From Haliotis rufescens (taxonomy: Eukaryota): a stretch of 64,000 nucleotides of DNA. Position numbers and translations under genes: made by a program. Location of the stretch: contig NW_025963813.1 in NCBI RefSeq assembly GCF_023055435.1, positions 3,782,001-3,846,000 on the forward strand. The letters run 5' to 3'. Under the pieces are notes generated by a model. It was given only the letters and a program-made list of their open reading frames with translations, was not told the DNA's origin and did not search any database. Of the stretch, positions 26,783 to 38,315 are shown piece by piece (the first letter of the stretch is position 1; every line of letters starts with the position of its first letter).

Positions 26783-28544
26783 TATACATCTTCTGCATCA
26801 GCATCAGCTTGATATTTGTCACATGTAGTATCACAAGTTTGTTGAGGCAGTTGTTGGTGCTGCATCAATCATGTCAAACCAAAATATATCCAGCTCTAAA
26901 ACTGTAAATATTTAGCTCCAATTGTTTATATCAATCTCCATTCAATCTCTATCATCTATCATCTCAAACTTGCCAAGTCCAGACTCTTTGGGAACATGAT
27001 CCCAATATTGTCATATCTGATAACAGTTTGCCACACTGGTGATGAAAACGTCAAGCATATCCCAAACCATCAACAAATGTTTTGGCAGACAGTAGTCCTA
27101 AAGAAGCAGTCTTGCCGCCAGCAGAACATATGGAGACCAACATCGGACCACATCACTACTAACCTGTTAAGTCGTCATGATTGCCATAACTAGATACTGC
27201 TGCTGAGGTTTGTCATAATATACACTGCTGCTAAATGTGTAATGCTGGCCTGGTTTTCTGCCAGGATACCCCAGGGGGGAATTCAGGGCAAAAGAGAACC
27301 TCAGTCATCCTCTAGTGTCGTAAGGGGCATGGGTGTCCGTAACCTAAAGCACTGCAATTTATTTTACAGAGTTATGTCCCTTAGGTGCACCAGAAGCCTA
27401 TGATCCTGCCTTCAAATCTCAATAGGTCCTGATATTGTTTCTCGGTTTGTCAGCACATGGGTATCATCACAGTGGAACAAATTAGGAAATGTATATGTTG
27501 TCTGCATTGTTGATTCATGATCAAATTGTTGTTTGATCCGTTTAATATGAAATGGCCTTTTTCATGTAGGTTTACTGCATCCATACTTGACGGAATGGCC
27601 GCCACTCGTGCCATTGGCGACGTTTCTGTGTCATCCACAGGGTATGCATTTGTTACAGCTTGATTCCTCTTAATATGCCACGATGCAAATGTCATATTGT
27701 GTTTACAAATGCCCATTTCAATCATAACTACATGTGTGTTTGGTATACTCTTAACACTGTTCAGTAAGCATGTAAAATATAGCTGTTTGTTTATCATGAT
27801 TTACAGTGAATAACATATTACTTGATTTCCATATTTACCATATATAAGCACACACTCTCGGTGCTAAGAAAATTGATAAAGGGGGCTTTTATTAAATCCA
27901 TATACAATGAGTTAAATTTGTTTTATGTGATTGAGCAGAAGTGAACAACCGTAGTTCAAACATTGATGAAACTTTTGACACAGTTACCCAGGGCTCGATT
28001 TAGCTGTAAAACATCATTGAAAAATACAACCTAAAAGTTATGTCTACATGCACCAAGTGTACGTAAAAAATCTTCAAATTTGTGTCTTGACTAACCCTAA
28101 ATTGTCCACACAACGCACACAAAACCTACAAACTTTAATTCCAATACAACCTCACTAATCCCTATGTTACATGTAACTTGTCACGCTTCCTTGGGCCTGA
28201 CGTCGACATCATCAATTTGGGGGTTCTTCAAGATAATGTACTGTAAGGTTAGCTTCATATATCACTGAAATTGTCTTCCCAATCACATTATGATATAGAT
28301 CTATATTATCAAACTAATGATAATCATTATGCATTTTATGATGGTTTTATATTGTGTGCATAAAACATTGTCAGACATCATATACTATTTTGAGAACTTC
28401 ATTCCTAAAACATACATAAGAGATAGAGAACAAAGGGCATAACAAGCCCAAACAAAGTTGTCCTCGCAGATTACCTTTATGTCCTGACAAGTACTGTCAC
28501 AAGTCCTCTGTCAGTGTTGGATATTTATGTTGATTCTTGCTTAA

Positions 28545-28722
28545 CACTCAGCACTCAGCAATATTCCAGCTATATAATGGGGGTCTGTAAATAACAGAGT
28601 CTGGACCAGACAATCCAGTGATTGATATCATGAGCATCAATCCACGCATTTGGGATCGAGGACATGCATCAACCAAGTCAGCAAGCCTGACCACCCGATC
28701 CCGTTAGTCGCCTCTTACGACA
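28545..28722 (-). mobile_element. SINE family C, 5'-truncated inverted copy
   Basis: Reverse complement tgtcgtaagaggcgactaacgggatcgggtggtcaggcttgc...gctggaatattgctgagtg. Confidence 0.85.
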
Positions 28723-29052
28723 TAGGTACTTCTTATGGCAATGTACATACACATGATGCAGTTTGAACAGCACTGTCATGTGAAAGAAACCTCCAGGAGT
28801 ACATTATCGCAACATAAATTTACTAAAGGAGACCCAAATGACAAATACCACATTGGATCAGAGCTGTATTCTAATTCCTTTAATATCTGTTCCCTAATTT
28901 ATTTCCATCAGTATATATCTAAGATTGTGATGAATCATTGTTCAAACAAACTAGATTTTTGTAACAAATGGATCGCTGATCATCATTCTCAAAATCCTTC
29001 AAATGTGGATAAATATCAGTAGCTTTTTTTCCTTCTGCGCACTTATTAGTTA

Positions 29053-29364
29053 CCGTATTCGACGTAATAAGCGCCCACGGCGAAATTTGCTAATATATTG
29101 ACTAGTGAACAATCCCAATTAGCACCCCTTCAGACTGATCAATGTACACAAGACTTATTTATTCGCGTATAATACGCACTCATGTATTATATGCACCCTT
29201 AATTATAGGCAATTAAATTCTGAAAAAATATATCTGTCGTATGTAAACATTTCAGGTCGTCAGCATGAACCACAAAATTTATCTTTCAACTCTGTTGTTT
29301 TTCACCAAAATAATATTCTAATAAGAGCCCCCGATTTCTAATTTTGAGAGTTCCGTCGGTACGG
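29053..29364 (-). mobile_element. TA-flanked MITE, inverted copy of 10526-10868
   Basis: TA-ccgtattcgacgtaataagcgccc at the left end; interior is the reverse complement of the 10.5-kb copy; right TIR partly deleted. Confidence 0.82.
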
Positions 29365-31127
29365 TAATTCTTTTGCTACAGTCAAGGTATTCTGGGTTCC
29401 ATTTTTGTCATGATTAATTTGTATACTGTTGATCTGATGCTCTCTTCATTTAAAGTGCCAATGTTTCCCAGGAACAGGTTGGAATCAGGTAGTAGAATTC
29501 CAGATAAGCATGACACTTTTGGCACAGCTTTTCAACTGTGACTTAATGAGAGTTGACAAGACAACACAGCTCTTGGATCATGTGTTTGCAAAATTTCATG
29601 AAAAACAGGTTGTGAATGAGATTTTGCCCAACCTTTTAGTATCTGCCATGTAATTTTCCATTCCGCCAAGACTTCATGCTTCATTCTGTGCTCTATAATT
29701 AAATAAGAATAAGAGTGTCGGCAAAATATGACATAGTGCTAAGACTGATTCCTCCACTATAATAACTTGGCAGTGCCAATTAAGCATTCAGAGCCAATTT
29801 ATGAGAAAACCGATTGTTGCTAAGATTGCATTCATTTAGCAAATACATGCATGTGACACTGCCAGAAGAAGATTATTTCATGTCATTTAATTTTGATATT
29901 AAATATTATCAGAAAAAACTTGTATTGGCAGATCTTACAATAAATATGATTTGATCAACTGTTTTAAGAGCAACAATTTTGTAGTCCATGGTTACAAAAT
30001 GATTATTTTACGAATGCTTCTTATACCGTAAGGTGCCAAAATCCCGTTCGGGTTTACTCGGCGTATTCCGCTACTTACATAACACCTCGGGGAGCAATGG
30101 TGAAGCGAGTTCACTGTAAACGGTGGAACGCGAGATCCCGCCAAATATATAGTTCGAATAACATGCTAGCAGTTTGGAATACATGTTATTCTATGGTTAA
30201 CAATAATAGAAAAGGAATACACTCTAATATGCAGACAAGATCAAACTGAAAACAATTTGAACAGTTGTGAAGTGTTCACGACTGCCGCCAGGTTATTTTG
30301 TGTCATGTGATGGTCACTAGCACGCAACTAGTTCCAATATGGAAACCTGACCGTGGGAGCCGAGGTCCTAATGGACGGAGGAACTTATTCTTGCAATATA
30401 TTTCGAAGTCCTGAAAATTTCAACAGAAAACTACCACAAATTATCATGGTTGATATTTCTTTTCAGTAATACAAACAGAGTGGGCACCGGGCAAAACACA
30501 CAACCGTTCCAATCAAGAAATAAGTTTATTATGGCGAATGCCATTTAATTTTTGGGGCTTCAAAATCATTGGGTATGGATGACAGAAATAATCGAACATT
30601 ACCTCGGACTGGTGATTTACATCTTCAAACTATCTAAACACATTTTTATGAAAAACCAGAGACGATAAAATAGTTCATGGTCTTTTGAAAAACTTACCAA
30701 TAGCGTTCGCGTCCACCGGAAGTCGTTGCTATAACTATAACGGACGAGTCTAAGTTTTAGCAGGGAGTTTCTATGACGTGTCAGATGGACCTGATTTTAG
30801 GTAAATATAATTGGTAATAACTCAGCAATACAAGACAGAAAAGAGGCGAGGTGTCAACACGACCCCAAATCCAATGTTGTATGTTGAAAAATCAATATTT
30901 GGCTCCTAAATGCAAACATTGTTTCAAACAAATGTTACAATCACTTGCACCGGTTGAAGTAGTCGAAATCGGGGAAACCTAATATTGTGTGGAGTCACTA
31001 TGCCATCCAGGAAATGTGTGATATCGACTGGTCTTACTGCACCCGCCGATCTTTGTGTCCATTTTCGAATCAAGTGCAGCCTAACAAATGTCTCCTCAAA
31101 TCTCATTAAACTCCGATCTTAGTTCTC

Positions 31128-31169
31128 GAATGACTATGTATAGCTAATACACAAGGCTTTTTTTTTATA
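31128..31169 (-). promoter_or_regulatory. Relic of the array gene's core promoter (TATA plus Inr)
   Basis: gaatgactatgtatagctaatacacaaggctttttttttata vs array unit gaatgaccatgtagcaaatacacaaggccttttata (34748-34783). Confidence 0.7.
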
Positions 31170-32780
31170 TAGATGTTCTCCTTCTTCATAAATGAACTTG
31201 GACCCGTGAAGATCCGGGGTAGAACAGGGCTTCAGCAACCCATGCTTGCCGTAAAAGGCGACTATGCTTGTTGTAAGAGGCGACGAACGAGATCGGGCGG
31301 TCAGGCTCGCTCACTTGGTTGATGCATGTCGTCGATCCCAATTGCGTGGATCGATGCTTATGATGTCAATCACAGGATTGTCTGGTCCAGACTCGATTAC
31401 TTACAGACCGCCGTCAAATAGCTGGAATATTGCTAAGTGCGGCGTTAAACAACAAACCAACCAATAAATGAACTTGTTCTTGATGTTAACCCAAAATCTA
31501 AAAATGGCATCCAGCTACATCCAGATTTAATAGGAATATTCCTTTAACCTTTTGATGACGATGTTGTCCTTTTTTCTGATTCGGTAATTGGTCTTCAACG
31601 TCAAATCAATATTTTGGAAAAATATTGTGACAAGTGGTAACTGTCCGTCAATCTAAGTAAAACTAAAGTTCTTGTTTTTAAAAACGGTGGGAAATTATCA
31701 AAATCAGAGAAATGGATATACAACGATGCATATATAGAGGTAGTTTCATATTATACTTCCCTTGGAATAAATATCTAGAATCTACATCTGTTAAAGTTAA
31801 CAAAGTGTTGATATCAATCCTACAAAGTTGTTAAAATATGATAATCTGCCCTGTAGTTTATACTTTCAAATTTTTGACACAAGATAATGCCAATTTTACT
31901 TTATGGATCAGAAATATGGGGTTATGGAAACTATGAGTGGATAGGAAAAAGTTCATCTTAATGCATGTAAACGTGTAACTAGGGTTCGATCCTCCACCCC
32001 AAATGGTATTGTACTTGGGGAATGTGGCCGATATCCATTGTATATATTTTCGCTTAAGCTCTGTATAAATTATTGCTTAAATTTAACGACTCTTCCATCC
32101 ACGCGATACCCAATGAAAGCCTGTAACATGCTATTCTAGTTGGATCAAAATGTCACTCACGCAATAAAAATGATTGGGCAACAAATATCAAAATCACCCT
32201 TTTCAGTTTAGGCCATGGACACGCATGGATGGATCAGGGTGTTGGAAATGTCAAGATGTTTATGTCATTATCACTCCAAAGAGCTAAAGATTGTTTTCAG
32301 CAAATGTGGTAAGAAAAACTAAGAAATAGCAAATATACATAAACCTATTCTCCCTTCAAACAACAATTTATACTCGAAGAATATCCAATATCTGATTACA
32401 ATAACAAAACTTCGAGTATCGCTAGTGCTATTCAGAGCAGCTTATTATGATTTAAAGATAAATAAAGGTTTATTTCAAAAGTCTAACAATATCTGTACAT
32501 CTTGTAACCTTAATGTTGTAGAAAATGACTAGTATATTATGCTTGTGTGTAAAATCTATCTTCAATTAAGAAATAAGTATATTTCAAAGAAGTTTACATC
32601 CTATCCAAATACCAATTTGTTTTGCATACTCCTGTCACCCTCAAATATTACATTGTTACAAAATATTGTATTGTACATACATCATGCATTGCTAGTTAGA
32701 AGAAACAAGGATACCTTGTAAATACGTTGAACTATGGGTCTATGGCCTTTCAGTTTGCCATGAATAAACAATTTGAAAAC
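31170..32780 (+). mobile_element. Decayed 5'-truncated non-LTR retrotransposon (RT C-terminal part; RTE-X/L2-like)
   Basis: With the nested SINE removed, manual translation gives MFSFFINELVLDVNPKSKNGIQLHPDLIGIFL*PFDDDVVLFSDSVIGLQRQINILEKYCDKW*LSVNLSKTKVLVFKNGG. Downstream: FDTKIMPILLYGSEIWG, STPNGIVLGECGRYPLYI and a Cys-rich C-terminus. Multiple stops and frameshifts. Confidence 0.88.
31201..31463 (+). mobile_element. SINE family C, full length, nested in the LINE, 13-bp TSD
   Basis: TSD ataaatgaacttg at 31188-31200 and 31464-31476; (AACC)n-like tail. Confidence 0.92.
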
Positions 32781-33988
32781 TACAAATGAACAAGGAAATC
32801 AGGACACTATGAATCGAAATACTCCCAATGGAGAAAGAAAGAGAACAAGTTCTATTTTGACTTTTTCCTCAACATGTATTTGTAAACTAACACCAGATTA
32901 TATATCACCTTAGCATTCGAGAGTTTCATTCTTTATTATTTACATCTTCCTGAATAACCATCAAAACATGCTATGAAATTTATCTGAGAAGCGTAGGGAT
33001 ACAAGAGGGCTACAGTCTGAAAGCAGAATATGAGACCGCTCCATGTCACACATCTGAGTTGCTTTGTTCAAAGCAGTTAAATGAAACCTAGACAATTAAT
33101 TCAACTATTGTAGTCTGCATGTTTAAAATATTTCTTTGAGCTCTTTCCACACGATCGAAATCGCGTACCAATATATGCTGACCGCAGTAACCTGTAAGGG
33201 GCATACTATCTCCATCTGACTCAGCAATACAGTAAACTAAATGTAATGTCAACGGTATTACATTTAAGAAGGAGTCCTAAATGACATCCTATTATGGTGT
33301 GCGGATAGTGTATCAATGCAGTTAGCAAACTGATAGTCAAATGGACAGGTGTGAAGTTAACTAGGTATGGTATGTTGCTACTTTAATACTATTGTAATTT
33401 TCCACAAGGTCAGAACTGCTAAAATGCAGAAACGCCTAAACGTGGACAAGAACAAGGTATTTGTGAAGCATTTGGGGACGATTATGTAGGGTTGAAACTT
33501 CTTTAAATCTTGAGACAAAACGTATTAGAGGGGAAGAGTTCTGTTTTTGACGCATACACAGTGAAGACAAAATGTTGAAATACATTAAAAGTAAAATGTT
33601 CTCATAGGATAGATATAAAGGTATTTTGCAATTATCAACGGAATCTGTTGAGCTAATTCTAGGGACGATGTGTATGATTTCACTAGTGGAAACTGATATA
33701 TACCATGTATTTATAAATTGGCTTTCCGACAACACAGTCAAGGCAAGGAGTGAATTATTTGCAATGTTTAATTGTAAATTACCTTTTGTATTGGAGGATT
33801 CATATGCCAAGAATGGGACTAAAACTAGCTCTCGCTGCAGCTGTTTTTGTAATCAATAGGATACGGTTCTCCGTATGTGCGTTTGTATTGTACATCATGT
33901 ACCACATAGGTGATATGTGTTTCTACTTTTAATTTGCAGGTAAGCAGTAAGTAAATACAAAGTCGAAAAGACATATTCATTTCATGGT

Positions 33989-33994
33989 TTTATT
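33989..33994 (-). terminator. Polyadenylation signal AATAAA of copy 1 (present in every unit)
   Basis: tttatt on the plus strand, ~113 nt downstream of the stop codon. Confidence 0.75.
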
Positions 33995-34106
33995 TGAAGT
34001 CGTTTCTCAAAGTTGACATTGTATAGTGTGGTGTAGTCAACGATTCTATGGCAACGATGGCATCAAATGTCCAGCATTTGATAGAAATGTGAAGAGCCTG
34101 TTGAGT

Positions 34107-34708
34107 TTAACCATGGTGGCCACCGCCTCCATGGCCACCTCCTCCATGGCCGCCGCCACCGTGACCACCTCCGTGGCCGCCACCTCCATGTCCGCCGCCA
34201 CCATGACCCCCACCACCTTTGCCGCCTCCTCCGTGGCCGCCACCCCCTTTGCCACCGCCTCCTTTTCCGCCACCTCCTCCGTGGCCGCCACCTCCTTTGC
34301 CACCGCCTCCTTTGCCACCACCTCCTTTGCCACCGCCTCCTTTGCCACCGCCTCCTTTGCCACCACCTCCTTTTCCACCGCCTCCATGTCCTCCTCCGCC
34401 TCCTTTGCCGCCACCCCCTCCGTGGCCACCATAGGCAGAGCCAAAGAAGGCTGTGAACACTAGAAAGGAGAACAGTGCATCTGTAGTTAAATGTCTTTAA
34501 AGAACAACGCAAGAATATAGTTTTCAACCTCATAATGTTGCCAATTACCTTTTGTACGCTCTTTAAGTCACGTTGCTGTAGAAAATAGGCAATGAATTAA
34601 AAGATAAGTGAATTTATCAGTCCACATTTCAATAGAACTCACACAGCTCACGTTTGAAAGTTTGAACTTACCCAAGGCCACAACGAGTGCAATTTTATAG
34701 AGCTGCAT
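34107..34708 (-). CDS. Secreted Gly/Lys/His-rich protein, copy 1 (129 aa; exons 34672-34708 and 34107-34459)
   Basis: ATG CAG CTC TAT AAA ATT GCA CTC GTT GTG GCC TTG G|GTAAGT...TTCTCCTTTCTAG|TG TTC ACA GCC. The phase-1 splice restores the signal peptide MQLYKIALVVALVFTAFFGSAYG in frame with the Gly repeats. Confidence 0.92.
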
Positions 34709-34747
34709 CTTCACAGTTACGTCTATCCACAGTAGAATAAACGGTGT

Positions 34748-34783
34748 GAATGACCATGTAGCAAATACACAAGGCCTTTTATA
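34748..34783 (-). promoter_or_regulatory. Core promoter of copy 1: TATAAAAG (34776-34783) and Inr TCATTC (34748-34753); present in every unit
   Basis: The TATA box lies ~32 nt upstream of the Inr adenine (34751), which is 43 nt upstream of the ATG. Confidence 0.8.
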
Positions 34784-36528
34784 CAAATGGATAAGGAAAT
34801 CAGGACACTATGAATCGAAATACTCCCAATGGAGAAAGAAAGAGAACAAGTTCTATTTTGACTTTTTCCTCAACATGTATTTGTAAACTAACACCAGATT
34901 ATATAATATCACCTTGGCATTGGAGAGTTTCATTCTTTATTATTTACGTCTTCCTGAATAACCATCAAAACATGCTGTGCATTTGTTACGTAAGGCGGCG
35001 CCCCTTGGATGTTTCTCTGTTGGATTAAATGCAAGGTGCACTGACTCATCCAATGAATTCAAAGCAAATATGACATACAAAAACAATGAATAGACAGATC
35101 TCTATAAAATGCAAGAACAATGAGTAGCTGTAAATATCATGTTACTATAGGTCTCGTTATGCAGTTTCTTGGTCCCATCAATGACTATTGTAAAATACCT
35201 ATATCTGAAATGAGCAAACAGTAGATACTGCATGCTTTTCATTTGATGAAAATACACCGATATTTAGGGAATTACAACACGTACTACGCCTCCATCGCCT
35301 TATATGCTGCTCGTAGCACCACAACACATACTGTAAGTAATATCTACTCAATAATGGACACAGAAGTGACCGTGCAGCCACTTATACACGAGATATTTAC
35401 ACCTATCTGAGAAGCGTAGGGATACAAGAGGGCTACAGTCTGAAAGCAGAATATGAGACCGCTCCATGTCACACATCTGAGTTGCTTTTTTCAAAGCAGT
35501 TAAAAGAACCTAGATAATTAATTCAACTATTGTAGTCTGCATGTTTAAAATATTTCTTTGAGCTCTTTCCACACGATCGAAATCGCGTACCAATATATGC
35601 TGACCGCAGTAACCTGTAAGGGGCATACTATCTCCATCTGACTCAGCAATACAGTAAACTAAATGTAATGTCAACGGTATTACATTTAAGAAGAAGTGCT
35701 AAATGACATCCTATTATGGTGTGCGGATAGTGTATCAATGCAGTTAGCAAACTGATAGTCAAATGGACAGGTGTGAAGTTAACTAGGTATGGTATGTTGC
35801 TACTTTAATACTATTGTAATTCTCCACAAGGTCAGAACTGCTAAAATGCAGAAACGCCTAAACGTGGACAAGAACAAGGTAGATGTGAAGCATTTGGGGA
35901 CGATTATGTAGGGTTGAAAATTCTTTAAATCTTGAGACAAAACGTATTAGAGGGGAAGAGTTCTGTTTTTGACGCATACACAGTGAAGACAAAATGTTAA
36001 AATACATTAAAAGTAAAATGTACTCATAGGATAGATATAAAGGTATTTTGCAATTATCAACGGAATCTGTTGAGCTAATTCTAGGGACGATGTGTATGAT
36101 TTCACTAGTGGAAACTGATATATACCATGTATTTATAAATTGGCTTTCCGACAACACAGTCAACGCAAGGAGTGAATTATTTGCAATGTTTAATTGTAAA
36201 TTACCTTTTGTATTGGAGGATTCATATGCCAAGAATGGGACTAAAACTAGCTCTCGCTGCAGCTGTTTTTGTAATCAATAGGATACGGTTCTCCGTATGT
36301 GCGTTTGTATTGTACATCATGTACCACATAGGTGATATGTGTTTCTTCTTTTAATTTGCAGGTAAGCAGTAAGTAAATACAAAGTCGAAAAGACATATTC
36401 ATTTCATGGTTTTATTTGAAGTCGTTTCTCAAAGTTGACATTGTATAGTGTGGTGTAGTCAACGAGGCTATGGCAACGATGGCATCAAATGTCCAGCATT
36501 TGATAGAAATGTGAAGAGCCTGTTGAGT

Positions 36529-37193
36529 TTAACCATGGTGGCCACCGCCTCCATGGCCACCTCCTCCATGGCCGCCGCCACCGTGACCACCTCCGTGGCC
36601 ACCACCACCGTGGCCGCCGCCGCCGCCACCATGACCACCTCCGTGGCCGCCACCTCCATGTCCGCCGCCACCATGACCCCCACCACCTTTGCCGCCTCCT
36701 CCGTGGCCGCCACCCCCTTTGCCACCGCCTCCTTTTCCGCCACCTCCTCCGTGGCCGCCACCTCCTTTGCCACCGCCTCCTTTGCCACCACCTCCTTTGC
36801 CACCGCCTCCTTTGCCACCGCCTCCTTTGCCACCGCCTCCTTTGCCACCACCTCCTTTTCCACCGCCTCCATGTCCTCCTCCGCCTCCTTTGCCGCCACC
36901 CCCTCCGTGGCCACCATAGGCAGAGCCAAAGAAGGCTGTGAACACTAGAAAGGAGAACAGTGCATCTGTAGTTAAATGTCTTTAAAGAACAACGCAAGAA
37001 TATAGTTTTCAACCTCATAATGTTGCCAATTACCTTTTGTACGCTCTTTAAGTCACGTTGCTGTAGAAAATAGGCAATGAATTAAAAGATAAGTGAATTT
37101 ATCAGTCCACATTTCAATAGAACTCACACAGCTCACGTTTGAAAGTTTGAACTTACCCAAGGCCACAACGAGTGCAATTTTATAGAGCTGCAT
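36529..37193 (-). CDS. Secreted Gly/Lys/His-rich protein, copy 2 (150 aa; exons 37157-37193 and 36529-36944)
   Basis: Same exon/intron structure; intact frame. Confidence 0.92.
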
Positions 37194-38315
37194 CTTCACA
37201 GTTACGTCTATCCACAGTAGAATAAACGGTGTGAATGACCATGTAGCAAATACACAAGGCCTTTTATACAAATGGATAAGGAAATCAGGACACTATGAAT
37301 CGAAATACTCCCAATGGAGAAAGAAAGAGAACAAGTTCTATTTTGACTTTTTCCTCAACATGTATTTGTAAACTAACACCAGATTATATAATATCACCTT
37401 GGCATTGGAGAGTTTCATTCTTTATTATTTACGTCTTCCTGAATAACCATCAAAACATGCTGTGCATTTGTTACGTAAGGCGGCGCCCCTTGGATGTTTC
37501 TCTGTTGGATTAAATGCAAGGTGCACTGACTCATCCAATGAATTCAAAGCAAATATGACATACAAAAACAATGAATAGACAGATCTCTATAAAATGCAAG
37601 AACAATGATTAGCTGTAAATATCATGTTACAATAGGTCTCGTTATGCAGTTTCTTGGTCCCACCAATGACTATTGTAAGATACCTATATCTTATAATGAA
37701 ATGAGCAAACAGTAGATACTGCATGCTTTTCATTTGAGGGGAAGAGTTCTGTTTTTGACGCATACACAGTGAAGACAAAATGTTGAAATACATTAAAAGC
37801 AAAATGTTCTCATAGGATAGATATAAAGGTATTTTGCAATTATCAACGGAATCTGTTGAGCTAATTCTAGGGACGATGTGTATGATTTCACTAGTGGAAA
37901 CTGATATAAACCATGTATTTATAAATTGGCTTTCCGACAACACAGTCAACGCAAGGAGTGAATTATTTGCAATGTTTAAATGTAAATTACCTTTTGTATT
38001 AGGAGGATTCATATGCCAAGAATGGGACTAAAACTAGCTCTCGCTGCAGCTGTTTTTGTAATCAATAGGATACGGTTCTCCGTATGTGCGTTTGTATTAT
38101 ACATCATGTACCACATAGGTGATATGTGTTTCTTCTTTTAATTTGCAGGTAAGCAGTAAGTAAATACAAAGTCGAAAAGACATATTCATTTCATGGTTTT
38201 ATTTGAAGTCGTTTCTCAAAGTTGACATTGTATAGTGTGGTGTAGTCAACGATTCTATGGCAACGATGGCATCAAATGTCCAGCATTTGATAGAAATGTG
38301 AAGAGCCTGTTGAGT

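Noticed and set aside
30732-30743. TAACTATAACGG resembling the start of the I-CeuI/rDNA site
   Set aside because: Only a 12-bp match, with no rRNA sequence around it.
34420-34445. ATCUN (Gly-Gly-His) motif at the mature N-terminus
   Set aside because: It would need cleavage after Tyr, which breaks the (-3,-1) rule. More likely N-termini are GHG (after AYG) or YGGH (after GSA). N-terminal sequencing would decide.
34026-34533. Overlapping ORFs in each unit: Ala/Thr/Ser-rich, poly-Pro, EAVAK-repeat and Arg/Trp-rich
   Set aside because: They are alternative frames or the antisense of the Gly repeat. Only the Gly frame is joined to a signal exon by canonical splice sites with TATA/Inr and a polyA signal. 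The Arg/Trp frame starts inside the intron and is broken by stops in copies 4, 5 and 7.
34688-35113. Short inverted match (ctctataaaat(t)gca) between exon 1 and the upstream spacer
   Set aside because: A ~14-bp AT-rich match, compatible with chance.
34568-36354. Recurrent 60-140 aa spacer ORFs (MNRNTPNG..., MAYESS..., MQLSTES..., MYKRPC...)
   Set aside because: They recur only because the unit is duplicated, and several are frameshifted or truncated between copies. The MYKRPC ORF is real only for its MQLYKIALVVAL part (exon 1).
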